Shown: in pieces, positions 19,301 to 28,289 of the stretch
Layout: each line of letters opens with the position of its first letter
How positions within the stretch are numbered: the stretch's first letter is position 1
Assembly: GCA_965649205.1 (NCBI GenBank)
Contig: CBFGJV010000005.1
Span: 41,918-105,917 of the forward strand
Source: a candidate division WOR-3 bacterium
Lineage (GTDB): Bacteria; Hydrothermota; Tepidihabitantia; Tepidihabitantales; Tepidihabitantaceae
DNA: 64,000 bases
Direction: 5' to 3'
Translations under genes and position numbers: made by a program
The notes under the pieces: model-generated
Database searches by the model: none
What the model saw: only the letters and a program-made list of their open reading frames with translations
Told to the model about the DNA's origin: nothing

Positions 19301-20877
19301 TTCGTTTCACAAGTTTTCCTAGCGGACGCTATCGCGCCTATGCCTGGACTTTTATGGAAAACGATATGGTGAGGGCCAATGATACGACCCAAGCCGGTTT
19401 CCGAGTGGTACGGACGGATGCAGCGGCGCAAAGAATTTTGCAGCCGGCGGGTGCCATCCGTCCCGGAAGAGTACGGCCCGCTGCCGTAGTGGCTAATCTG
19501 GGTGAATGTGATAGTGATATAGAGGTGATGTTTTGGATTGCGGATTCCTTGCCGGTATATTCTGATACCGTCCGGTTACTGCGGGTGGGCGTGGCGAAGG
19601 AAACAACGGCTCTGTTCAGAGACTGGGATGCCGGGCCAGGAAAATACAACGTTAGGGTTGTGACTTTGGTTGCCGGGGATGAAAACCCTGGTAACGATTC
19701 CTGTTTTGCCCAGGTGAGAGTTGAGCTGCCGCGACGCTGGGTGCAGCTGCAGGAAATCCCGGCCGGTCGTGCCGGCCAGCCAGTCCGCGCCGGAGGATGT
19801 CTGGTTTCTCTGCGGGACGGGCTATTAGGTTTGAAGGGAGGAAACACAGATGAGTGCTACCGATATTCTGGGCACGAAGATTCCTGGTTTGCACTCTCAC
19901 CTTTGCCCCCAAGTCCCACTGGTCGCAAGGTTAAAGCCGGAGCAGCTATCTGTTTTGATGGAGCGCGGCGAGTTTATGCTCTGCGGGGCAATCGTACGCG
20001 CGAATTTCTGGCCTACGATGTGATTACGGATTCCTGGCGATTTCTTTCCGCACTACCCGAGGGGACAAGGATGTTGAAGTACGGAGCCGGACTCGGGTTT
20101 CTCTCTGGCGATACGGGGCGTGTTCTGTTTGTGAAGGGTAGTGGGACCTGCGATGTTCTGGTGTATTGGACAAAACAGAATCAGTGGCATGCCCGGCGGC
20201 GACTTCCCTGTGGACCGCAAGACAGACCGGCTAGAAGAGGAACTTGTCTGGTTGTAAGTTCGGGCCGGGTTTTCTGCTTGAAGGGAGGAACAAACGAGTT
20301 CTATGAATATTTCCCCAAAGGAGATTCCTGGGTCCGGCGAGCTGATTTACCGGCTGTGGGTAATTCGGGTCTGGCGCGTAGGGTCAGGGACGGTGCTTCA
20401 TTGTGCGCTGATCAGTCTGGCTGCGTCTATGCTTTCAAGGGCCGCAGCAATGAGTTCTGGCGCTACAGCGTGTCTGCTGATGTTTGGGTGCAGCTAGAAG
20501 ATTTTCCTTTCCCAGAGCCGGCCCGCAAAGCAGGTTCTGGTGCTGCACTTGCCTTTCTTTCCGGTTGCATATATGCCCTGAGGGGCGGAGGCAGCAGAGA
20601 ATTGTGGAGATATGAGCCAGAGATAGCGGGAAAGGATACAACTACAGCTACAGAAGTAGAGCCGGGCATGGCAGCGCAAGCGGGTGAGGCAAAGAAAGCC
20701 GGGTGGTTTCGGACAGAGGTGTTTCTTTTGCCCGGTTCGGCTGTGGTGTATGATGTATGCGGCCGCCAGGTAGAGAGAGCGGTTTCAGACAAGTTGCGGT
20801 TATCTTCCGTGCCAGGCGTGTATTTTGTGCGAACTACCAAAGACCGCCGTTGCCACAAGGTGTTGTTGCTCAGATAG
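16393..20877 (+). CDS. Large secreted multidomain protein: beta-propeller (VHVVW repeats), about 7 CARDB/Ig-like repeats, Kelch-like propeller, T9SS-like tail
   Basis: Signal peptide; repeated D...I..P.G...P...V.N.G...GD....ND units; LKGG.T.EF..Y repeats; C-terminal VYDVCGR...PGVYFV...KVLLLR. Confidence 0.8.
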   Translation: MCRAVAFSVFFLALGGRVLAGWLPEERLTFRPDTADYTTPNYARCVASDRTGNVHVVWYGRWQQKPQVWYKRLDALSGRWSENMVISHEPQGAINPCLAVDDSGNVHVAWQVATAQADTVLRYRCRHVAGGVWDSIETVVRGTRMQTPSLAARQDVVALVWSQQWLPQYQGVFLAVRTRGGWSQPEMVSDSLSRDQGAGAVGIGAGSVGVLWRNGTADLIMFRQRETTGWAGPETVFRGASAAPCLWIEPKGTAHSIWTASISGRDRYVYRQKQEGIWRDAVMLPETYPMQGPVSLGVEQSGQIHLVWVAKDTVYYATAESSGRRWSVPLAIGFGPYGRGNPSLHVQQEGELQVVWTDNRHNPYPYSDIYCRRYGWLRDISVQRVVSPVGIIDSGMAVAPAAWVANWGDSTETQVRVDFRLGDSGQLRMVTSILPGDSALVHFDTCKLLSLSWIGLCCSTALTGDAVPANNVSRDSIFVRLRDVALDSILTPRGLLPLDTVRPAATVRNRGNVAAEARARFSILENGEVVYSGQTTVPIQAGVVRRLEFPPWAGKVGVFTAVCSVSCGGDIHPENDTGSTRFELFYRDLGIEDITWPTGQVDSGVFGLPVVQVRNLGNTTERYWAFLTIGADYKDSLEVQSLLPGQTDTLHFAGWTAQKRGLLFAGCSLWCSGDMNLSNNAAARTVFVQVRDAAVESIVSPAGPITVDSVRPCVRLRNQGNTKVISRCGFLIESDSSGIVYVDSVDAYLAPDSVTEVMFSSWQGTPGRYRTACFSSLDGDMRSENDTLRGEFLVYQPEVRVIRMLVPAAVVDSGWYDRPVVELHNVSPVPLACLCSLYIGPYYAQVETVAGMLPGEIRGYRFSEPYYAVQRGWQPVLCSIFGFAGTSRTPACKLECSLFVRVRDASVEGILAPSGNVGRGEIRPRVRVRNRGNVTGKPGCWFAVRDSAAELYRDSVSLELEPGNDAVAEFRFTSFPSGRYRAYAWTFMENDMVRANDTTQAGFRVVRTDAAAQRILQPAGAIRPGRVRPAAVVANLGECDSDIEVMFWIADSLPVYSDTVRLLRVGVAKETTALFRDWDAGPGKYNVRVVTLVAGDENPGNDSCFAQVRVELPRRWVQLQEIPAGRAGQPVRAGGCLVSLRDGLLGLKGGNTDECYRYSGHEDSWFALSPLPPSPTGRKVKAGAAICFDGARRVYALRGNRTREFLAYDVITDSWRFLSALPEGTRMLKYGAGLGFLSGDTGRVLFVKGSGTCDVLVYWTKQNQWHARRRLPCGPQDRPARRGTCLVVSSGRVFCLKGGTNEFYEYFPKGDSWVRRADLPAVGNSGLARRVRDGASLCADQSGCVYAFKGRSNEFWRYSVSADVWVQLEDFPFPEPARKAGSGAALAFLSGCIYALRGGGSRELWRYEPEIAGKDTTTATEVEPGMAAQAGEAKKAGWFRTEVFLLPGSAVVYDVCGRQVERAVSDKLRLSSVPGVYFVRTTKDRRCHKVLLLR

Positions 20878-20949
20878 GATGCATTCTTCGTTTCGGGTGC
20901 GGGGATTGCCGATGGTTGACTGACCTATCGGTAAGAGCTACGATTGTTT

Positions 20950-21804
20950 GTGCGATGCCTAGTTACTGGCGCATCCGGTCTGCTGGGAAGACAGTTTGTG
21001 CGCTGGTTGAGAGAAAGAGGGGAGGAGGTGGTTGAATGGGACTTGCCGGAGCATGACATTACTGATGTGAATAAGACTATAAATGAGATTCATCAGGTAA
21101 AACCAGAGGTTGTGTTTCATTTTGCCGCCTGGACAGATGTGGATGCATGCGAGAGCGACCCGGCAAGGGCTACAGCAGTCAACACGCAGGGGGCTTGGAC
21201 TGTTGCTTTGGGCGCCACAGAGGTGAACGCACGTATGGTTTATCTCAGCACTGATTACGTGTTTGACGGCAGCAAGACCAGTCCTTACGACGAGCGGGAT
21301 AAGCCGAATCCCTTGTCAGTATACGGTAAGAGCAAGCTGATGGGGGAGAAGGCAGTAATGCGTTCCTGCGGGAAATTCTATATTGTGCGTACCAGCGGCA
21401 TGTTCGGAAGTTATGGACGGAATTTTGTGGATACAATTCTGGTTGCAGCAAGAAGTCAGAAGGCCCAGAACGGAGAATCGTTGCGGGTGGTGCATGATCA
21501 GCGGTTCTCGCCAACTTACGCGGCTGACCTGTGCGAGCCTCTGTATGAACTGGCACGACAGGCCAGTCCGGGCATTTATCATCTGACTAACAGTGGGCAG
21601 TGTTCCTGGTTTGAGCTGGCGCAGGCGGCGATAGAGCTGGTCGGACTTAATTGTCCGGTTGTGCCTATTACGGCGCGCGAGCTAGGTCGTCCTGCTCCGC
21701 GGCCGGCCTTTTCGGTTTTGGAGAATCGTAACTTCAAGCGCAAGTTTGGCAGAATACTGCGGCCGTGGCAGGAAGCACTGGCAGAATACCTGCGGGGAAA
21801 ATGA
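20950..21804 (+). CDS. rfbD: dTDP-4-dehydrorhamnose reductase
   Basis: TGASGLLG, AAWTDVD.CE, STDYVFDG, YGKSKLMGE and PA.RP..S.L motifs. GTG start 5 nt after TTGACT-17-TACGAT. Confidence 0.95.
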   Translation: MRCLVTGASGLLGRQFVRWLRERGEEVVEWDLPEHDITDVNKTINEIHQVKPEVVFHFAAWTDVDACESDPARATAVNTQGAWTVALGATEVNARMVYLSTDYVFDGSKTSPYDERDKPNPLSVYGKSKLMGEKAVMRSCGKFYIVRTSGMFGSYGRNFVDTILVAARSQKAQNGESLRVVHDQRFSPTYAADLCEPLYELARQASPGIYHLTNSGQCSWFELAQAAIELVGLNCPVVPITARELGRPAPRPAFSVLENRNFKRKFGRILRPWQEALAEYLRGK

Positions 21805-21835
21805 GGAGCCGTGGTTTAGACCCAGAAAGCAGCAG

Positions 21836-22273
21836 GTGATATTGGCGTTCTGTTATTCTGAAGAACAGAAAGAAACACCCTATCGGCAACCGAAGTTGGC
21901 GGTCGACTGTATTGTCAGAGTAAAGGGAAGGATTCTGCTTATCCGGCGGAAGAATCCACCTCTAGGCTGGGCTTTACCGGGTGGTTTTGTGGAGTATGGA
22001 GAATCTCTGGAGGAGGCGGTGAGGCGGGAGGTGAAGGAGGAAACCGGACTGGAATTGGAGAATCTGCAACAGTTTCGGGCTTATTCCGACCCAGGCCGGG
22101 ACCCGCGTTGTCATTGTGTTTCGGTGGTTTTCACCGCAGATGGTATAGGTGAACCCCGAGCGGGCGATGATGCCGGAGACATCTGTCTGGCTGATCCGGA
22201 GGCACTGCCTGAGCTGGCATTTGATCATGCCCTCATTCTGGCTGACTACAAAGAAAGCAGAGCGAAAGGATAA
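21836..22273 (+). CDS. NUDIX hydrolase
   Basis: Nudix box PGGFVEYGESLEEAVRREVKEETGL; RDPR; LAFDH. Confidence 0.92.
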   Translation: MILAFCYSEEQKETPYRQPKLAVDCIVRVKGRILLIRRKNPPLGWALPGGFVEYGESLEEAVRREVKEETGLELENLQQFRAYSDPGRDPRCHCVSVVFTADGIGEPRAGDDAGDICLADPEALPELAFDHALILADYKESRAKG

Positions 22274-22297
22274 CCCACCCTAAGGCGATTCTTCGTC

Positions 22298-23170
22298 TCA
22301 GGAGAAAAGCCGCAGACTGAAGTGCAAGGCGCTGGCAGAAATGATGCCGACGGAAAGGTTATCGTCTAGGTCCAGCGGTAGGGCTTCGGCACAGGCTGCC
22401 AGAAAAACAGAGAGCAACAGGGCAGGCAGGGGAACAGGAACAAACTCGGCCAGTATGGAGCCGACAGCGAGGCAAGCCAGAAAGTGCGACAGGGTACCTT
22501 CCACAGTCTTGTGGAACAGGGGAGTGCGTCCGAACCAGATGCCGAAGAATTTTGCGGAGAAGTCTCCGAACACCATGAAGGCCAGAGCATAGAGCGTAAC
22601 GGTGCGGTCGAAAATCAGGGTCACCAGAAGTGCAGCCAAGAGGAAAAGCGTCATGGAGGACAGCCGGTCTTTTTCCTTGGCTTTGAAGGTGCTTGCAGCG
22701 CGGTGAAACAGGAAACGGTTGACCCGGGTGGCGCTGAGACGGGTCAGGTCAAGAGCAAGAAATCCGGCGGTTACCACTGCGAGCAGGACCAGTGTCCAGG
22801 TGCGGCCCCAAACAAAAAGGAGCCCAGGAAAGGCCATGGCGGCAGGACGGATCAGAAAACGCCACAGTTTTACTTGCCCCCGTGCGTTTTCGGGTTGCAC
22901 GAACAGTTTTCTTCTGGCGGCGGAAATGATGCTGGCTGTGAGGGCCGTCAGGGCCAGCACTGTTATTCCGTAGCGGAGCGCGGTTATACTTACATAACGC
23001 CACACAAAAAAGCCAAGTAGTGGTGCGGCTGTGAGCCCAACGAATTCCCAACGTCTGGTGATGAACCGGACAGAGACGCCTACCACTAGTATCAGCACAA
23101 GGGGATACCAAGGTGTACTTTGCTCTGGCTTCTGAGCAAGAGTGACGAACAGCAAAGAAGCGTCTGCCAC
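22298..23170 (-). CDS. Polyprenol/diacylglycerol kinase family membrane protein (dolichol/phytol kinase-like)
   Basis: Hydrophobic; FGD.SA..FG..FGR, KTVEGT and LDDNL motifs. Confidence 0.8.
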   Translation of the reverse strand: MADASLLFVTLAQKPEQSTPWYPLVLILVVGVSVRFITRRWEFVGLTAAPLLGFFVWRYVSITALRYGITVLALTALTASIISAARRKLFVQPENARGQVKLWRFLIRPAAMAFPGLLFVWGRTWTLVLLAVVTAGFLALDLTRLSATRVNRFLFHRAASTFKAKEKDRLSSMTLFLLAALLVTLIFDRTVTLYALAFMVFGDFSAKFFGIWFGRTPLFHKTVEGTLSHFLACLAVGSILAEFVPVPLPALLLSVFLAACAEALPLDLDDNLSVGIISASALHFSLRLFS

Positions 23171-23215
23171 GGTGCCCGGATTATACGGGCAGGTTAGAGC
23201 AAGGGCAAGTAAGGC

Positions 23216-23545
23216 TCAGGGCTGGTTTGAGGACGTGTTATCCGGTGTGTCCTGGCCGGCAGCAGGTTTGGACTGTTTCTGAGCTTCTTCTTCGGCTCGG
23301 ATGAAGGCAAGGCGAAGCTGATAGAGTATGTCATTCAGCAGCCTGGTTTCTTCTTCCGTTCTGTTGCCCTCGGTTTTAGCCCTGAGCATTTCCAGAGTGG
23401 AAATGGTATGGCGGGCATAAGCGAGATTCACAGGGGGCGGTTTCTGACCAGGCAGAACTTCGTGTCCGAGATAGGAAAGGGCGGCGGCAGAGAGGCTGAG
23501 AAAAAGGTCCGATAAGGATGCTTCGGGCATTCTATCTGTTGGCAT
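23216..23545 (-). CDS. DUF1844 domain protein
   Basis: A...LG, A..TI..L.ML..KT.GN...EE..LL...LY.L pattern. Confidence 0.85.
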   Translation of the reverse strand: MPTDRMPEASLSDLFLSLSAAALSYLGHEVLPGQKPPPVNLAYARHTISTLEMLRAKTEGNRTEEETRLLNDILYQLRLAFIRAEEEAQKQSKPAAGQDTPDNTSSNQP

Positions 23546-24704
23546 GGTAGTCCAAAAGGGTTCTGGTCTGGATTACATGACCATCCTTGATGTAGATGCG
23601 GGGAACGCGAGGACTTACCCGGCATAGTATCTCGTAGGGAATTGTGTCAGCCCAGTTAGCCAGTTCGCTTGCGGTTATAGTTTCCTTTCCGGCAGAACCT
23701 AGAAGAGTAACTTCGTCGCCGATAGATGCCTCTGGGATGTCAGTCACGTCCAGCATGGTGAGGTCCATACATACATTGCCTACCACCGGAGCACGCCGAC
23801 CGGATACAAGTGCCTGTCCGCGGTTGCGCAGCGCGTAGGGATAGCCGTCACCGTAGCCGGCAGTGATGACAGCGATACGGGAACGACGACGGGTGAAGAA
23901 ATTTCTTTCATAGCTGATGGACACGCCCGCCTCAAACTCTCGTAGGTTGACAATGCGGGAGCGCAAGTTCATAACCGGCTTCAGTTGTAAGCGGGATTGA
24001 CGTTGACCCTCGCGATAACTTTCCGGCAGTATGCCGTAAACAATCAGGCCGGGTCGAACCATATCCAGATGCGAGTTCCGAATGTTCATGAGTCCGGCGG
24101 AGTTGGCTGCGTGAGCGGCAATGTTTTCTACGCCTCTACCTCGCAGCGCAGATAGTAAGTTTCTGTAGTCTGCGAGCTGTTTTTCGGTAAATACAATGTC
24201 AGTGTCTGCTGCCGGGAAATGGGTAAATACTCCTTCCAGTCGCAGGCCGGGGAGAGAGGCCACGCGAGGAACAAAATCCAAGGCTTCGGAGATAGATACG
24301 CCGGTACGGCCCATGCCCGTGTCGACTTCTATATGTATACCCAGAGAGGTGTGGCGACGTTGGGCTTCTGCAGACAGACGCCGGGCAAATTCAGGCTCGG
24401 TGACGGAAGGCGTAAGCCAGAATTCGAACAAGTCCGGTATTTCGCCGTAGGTAGCCGGCGAGAGAACAATAATAGGGTTGTTGAGACCGGCTTTGCGCAG
24501 GCTGATGCCTTCCTCCACTGAGGCGACGCCAAAGGCGTCCACCTTGCCGGCGAGTTCACGGGCTACTTCGCGCAGACCGTGTCCGTAGGCGTCTGCCTTG
24601 ACGGCGACCAGAAGCCGGCTTCTGCCAATGAATCTGCGTACTTCTTCTATGTTATGGTGCAAGGCGTTCAGGTCGATTTCCGCCCAGATGCGAGTCAGGC
24701 TCAT
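23532..24704 (-). CDS. alr: Alanine racemase
   Basis: AVKADAYGHG PLP-lysine motif; DTGMGRTG; GYGDGY; GNVCMD; TIPYEI. Confidence 0.97.
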   Translation of the reverse strand: MSLTRIWAEIDLNALHHNIEEVRRFIGRSRLLVAVKADAYGHGLREVARELAGKVDAFGVASVEEGISLRKAGLNNPIIVLSPATYGEIPDLFEFWLTPSVTEPEFARRLSAEAQRRHTSLGIHIEVDTGMGRTGVSISEALDFVPRVASLPGLRLEGVFTHFPAADTDIVFTEKQLADYRNLLSALRGRGVENIAAHAANSAGLMNIRNSHLDMVRPGLIVYGILPESYREGQRQSRLQLKPVMNLRSRIVNLREFEAGVSISYERNFFTRRRSRIAVITAGYGDGYPYALRNRGQALVSGRRAPVVGNVCMDLTMLDVTDIPEASIGDEVTLLGSAGKETITASELANWADTIPYEILCRVSPRVPRIYIKDGHVIQTRTLLDYHANR

Positions 24705-24734
24705 GGAAATACGGGAAAGCTTCTTCCGCCTCTG

Positions 24735-25538
24735 TCAGCTCTGTGGCGTACGAATCTGGAATTGCCAGCCATATTCAATATAACCCACGGCAGCTGCCGT
24801 ACGTTGAGAGGCCAGATTAGCATCAGAAGTGGTGTAAACGGGTATCCGGCCTGTTTCCAATACCGCTTTGGTGGTGTGGGATACGACTGTGCGGCCACAA
24901 CCTTGGTTACGGAATTCTTCCAGCGTGCCAGGCACAGATACTTCTGCCACTTTGTCAGAAAGGTGGGGAGCCGGAAGCGTAGCAGCAAGGGAGATGAGCT
25001 TGGTGTCTCGGAACACGGCAAACGCTGTGCCGGCATGAATGGAGTGTTCCAGCCAGGGTCCGGGTAACATCCCGCTTTCTCTCACCGCGGGCAGGTCGGT
25101 AAGCAGAAGACGTCGGCAGGGATGGAGTTGGTGCATTCTGAGGGTGTCGGTCGTACAGTAGAGAATGGGGCCAGAGCTGGAGCCTACCCGCTGATGTATC
25201 CCCATAGTTTTGGCTACCGTCAGTACCAGCTGGCGGGCAAACTCCGGTCGCCGCAGATTGGCAAGTCCCATCGCTTTGGCAAAAGAGCCGACTGTCTTGA
25301 ACAGGTTGTTTCGGACGGATATGGCACATCGGCTTTGGGTGATGATCATCCACACCGGGAAGGAGTCGGTATAGAAAGCTTCGGCGCGTTCCCTGCGGGG
25401 TGAGGCGACAATGACGGTCTGGCCCGGGGGAATGAGCCCTATGTCGCAACCCAGATAGGCGGAGAAATAGTCGTCGAGTACGGCAAGCGGTTGTTCTCCC
25501 AGCCCAGACCCGGCGCCAGTATTTTCGTGCTGTCCCAC
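24735..25538 (-). CDS. GNAT family acetyltransferase
   Basis: C-terminal T.EEFRNQGCG...V and N.AS.R.A..VGY. Start placed at GTG 25538, 6 nt after TTGACC-17-TATCCT. Confidence 0.75.
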   Translation of the reverse strand: MGQHENTGAGSGLGEQPLAVLDDYFSAYLGCDIGLIPPGQTVIVASPRRERAEAFYTDSFPVWMIITQSRCAISVRNNLFKTVGSFAKAMGLANLRRPEFARQLVLTVAKTMGIHQRVGSSSGPILYCTTDTLRMHQLHPCRRLLLTDLPAVRESGMLPGPWLEHSIHAGTAFAVFRDTKLISLAATLPAPHLSDKVAEVSVPGTLEEFRNQGCGRTVVSHTTKAVLETGRIPVYTTSDANLASQRTAAAVGYIEYGWQFQIRTPQS

Positions 25539-25639
25539 GCGGACAGGATACGATGGAGGCGAGCGGTGGTCAAGGTGGGAACGTGCTACGCAGCAGAAAA
25601 GAAGAGGCATAGACAAGCAGAATCTTACCTGCTTGGGTA

Positions 25640-28225
25640 TCAGCGCAGATATGTTACACGGCATAGGCGATTCTGCAGGGAATGGCGGGAACGGAGAAAG
25701 TACAGTCCGGAGCCGACTTCCTTGTCTGGACGCCAGACGGCAATGCCGGGTTCCAAGAGGGCAATACGTCTTCCTGTCGCATCCAAGACCTCGACAGCTG
25801 CATCAGACGGAGCGCTGATGTTACAGGCCAGTCGGAACGGGTTGGGCCAGGCCAGGATAGCGTCTGCGGGGCGAGCGGGTAGAGGATTATGGGGTTCAGA
25901 AATTGCCGCGCCGGAGCAGAGCCAGGTCAGCAGCCGAGACAGGAAAGCGGGGCGGGTGAGAAAGTCAGGGCGGGCATTAGGGCGGTTCACAGCCTCGAAG
26001 CCGAATCCGAGCAGAATTATTCTGGCGCCCGAACCGGGCAGTTCCTTGCGTATGCCGGCGCCTACGTTGGTAATGGTATCATACACCAAGAGGCGAGCTG
26101 CGCTGCCCAGGGGAGATACTACGTCGCGCGAGTTCTGATTACCGGCGCCGTCACCGCCGGCTGTGGAGGTGGCGTGGATAGTTCGACCTATCTCGTCCTG
26201 TCTGTTTCCGTACACAGAGAACTGTCGCCAGCCAGACGAATCAAAGCGGCAGCCCACCAGGCTTTCCAGAAAACTGGTACCGGCCAGTTCCTGCGCTATG
26301 TTTTGGCCGGTAAGCAGTAGATTTATCCCTCGCGCCGAGAGTGCTGTGAGACTGTCGCGGTCTTCGGGCGGTATTGTGCCGGTAGTGGTGTTTCCGGAAA
26401 ACCAAATGAGGGTACGAGCCCGCAGTTCCGGACAGCGGGCATAAGGGGGAAGACCCTGAGTCCGGCGGTGCCAGATATAGTTTGTGTAACCGAGGGTGTC
26501 CAGAGTACGGGTGTAGTAGGCATCATACTGCTCTAAGGTGTCGTTGTTTATTACCAGTATTTGGGCAGGTCTGGTAACAAGAGTGAGGGAGGTGTCGCAT
26601 GAGACAAACAGGTTCCAGTGTCTGGTGCTATAGGGAAATGACTGTTCCTGTGTGAGGGTTATGAGTGTGTCCAGTACCCGAAGGCGGAATTGCCCCAGGC
26701 TGTCGGTTACGGTTGAGTCCAGTATGGTGGGGCTGCCCTGTATTCTGGCGGTAAGGCGCGCGGTGATAGGCGAGCCGGTTACTGAATCGGCGAGGATGCC
26801 GGAAACTGAAAAGCGGCCGTATACCTTTATGCGCACCCGACTGGTGTCGTTGGCCCGGTTCAGGTCAGGAATGGCCTGGGCGATGGCCTCAAACTCATAA
26901 ATGCCGGGCAGGCTGGCAAGGTGAGAGGGAAAGTCGGCAGCCGTGTCTATGGCCACGAAGGGGAAATTGGTGTAATGCTTGGTGTGAGTGTAGTCGTTCG
27001 TGCGAACAGTGAAAGGAAAGGTTTCCGGGGAAAGTCCCACGTTGGCCACCGCGGGCAGGATGCGAATTGTGTCACCCGCGATGTATACTTTTTTCGGGTC
27101 GGGCGAGACGAATTCCAGCGCGCAGATGTCGTGTCCATATGTCGTGGTTACATACACATCCATACCCATGAAGACAAGATAAGTGGAAACCCAGGTTTGA
27201 TCCTGAGTGGGCGGGTCGGTCCAGGTGGCGGGAATGCCGCCGTCGCGGTCCGTGTCCTGCTGCAGCAGAGTGTCGAGAAGATACTGATGCATAAGCCACC
27301 AAGATCGTCTGTGCCCGAGCTCGGCCGCGGCCCGATAAGCGTTGGCGAGCCAGATGTTGTGGGAGCAGTTCCATATGCCGGTGGGATAGAATCCAGGCAG
27401 AGAATCGGCGTATTTCTCCACCCATTGTTTGCCCAGCACAGTATCGTCGCGGCCCACGGTACGGCATACACCCCAGAAGGCAGTACCGCCAGACATTGCC
27501 CAGTCACCACGGCCCAGAGCGTTTGCCGCATCACTCTCGATCCAGGACTTGATGCGGTACCCGCGGGCAAGGGCGGTGTCGCGGAGCACGGCCAGATTGC
27601 GCTGCAAAGCGTATTCGTAAGCCATGCCGGAAGACTGGGCAGTGACATAGTTGTCACGATAGCCGGCAGCTGGCAGGGGATTGCGCAGATAGAATCCGGC
27701 GCAGGAGTCAGCGTAGGAGCGGAAGGTGGAATCCTGGTAGGCGCGGCGGTACTGAGGTTCCACCATCATCGCCAGGCCACAATTCCAGACAGCATACCAG
27801 GTGTGTTGCGGGTTGCCGGAGTGCTCCCAGTATGCCGGGTGGTTGAGCACATATATCCAGGCTCGCCGTATGTTTTCCCGATAGTCGTCGCGGCCGGTCA
27901 ATTCATACCAGCGCGACCATATCCAGATTGCTTCCTGGGTGTTGTCGGTCTCAATGACATTGGGCATGTGTTCTGCTTCGATGATACCGCCATAGTCCGG
28001 GGAAGTGGAGTCGGTGACCTGCCAGCGCGCCGTGAAGTCGCAGACCATCTTGAACCGTTCCAAATAGTTGAAACGGCGCGGGCCCTGGAGCAGTTCCAAC
28101 TGCTGTGGAAGCACTTCAGGTCGGTACTCGCGGTAGAAGTTTTCAGATTCCAGTTCTGTCCAGGCACGAGTGGCGAATGCCACCGTCACCAAGCTGGCGG
28201 CGAAGACAAATATCCTGATACGCAC
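25640..28225 (-). CDS. Secreted protein: aromatic-rich helical (alpha/alpha-barrel-like) N-terminal domain, Ig-like domains and T9SS-like tail
   Basis: Signal peptide; SD GGAGGA; DNTQE..W.W and DTDRDGG; C-terminal PNPF...LDATGR...GLYFL. Confidence 0.7.
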   Translation of the reverse strand: MRIRIFVFAASLVTVAFATRAWTELESENFYREYRPEVLPQQLELLQGPRRFNYLERFKMVCDFTARWQVTDSTSPDYGGIIEAEHMPNVIETDNTQEAIWIWSRWYELTGRDDYRENIRRAWIYVLNHPAYWEHSGNPQHTWYAVWNCGLAMMVEPQYRRAYQDSTFRSYADSCAGFYLRNPLPAAGYRDNYVTAQSSGMAYEYALQRNLAVLRDTALARGYRIKSWIESDAANALGRGDWAMSGGTAFWGVCRTVGRDDTVLGKQWVEKYADSLPGFYPTGIWNCSHNIWLANAYRAAAELGHRRSWWLMHQYLLDTLLQQDTDRDGGIPATWTDPPTQDQTWVSTYLVFMGMDVYVTTTYGHDICALEFVSPDPKKVYIAGDTIRILPAVANVGLSPETFPFTVRTNDYTHTKHYTNFPFVAIDTAADFPSHLASLPGIYEFEAIAQAIPDLNRANDTSRVRIKVYGRFSVSGILADSVTGSPITARLTARIQGSPTILDSTVTDSLGQFRLRVLDTLITLTQEQSFPYSTRHWNLFVSCDTSLTLVTRPAQILVINNDTLEQYDAYYTRTLDTLGYTNYIWHRRTQGLPPYARCPELRARTLIWFSGNTTTGTIPPEDRDSLTALSARGINLLLTGQNIAQELAGTSFLESLVGCRFDSSGWRQFSVYGNRQDEIGRTIHATSTAGGDGAGNQNSRDVVSPLGSAARLLVYDTITNVGAGIRKELPGSGARIILLGFGFEAVNRPNARPDFLTRPAFLSRLLTWLCSGAAISEPHNPLPARPADAILAWPNPFRLACNISAPSDAAVEVLDATGRRIALLEPGIAVWRPDKEVGSGLYFLRSRHSLQNRLCRVTYLR

Positions 28226-28289
28226 CTAGTCCTCCATTCTGGTAAATAGACTGAAAGCCCGAAATTCTACATACGAAAAGCCGGCCGGT

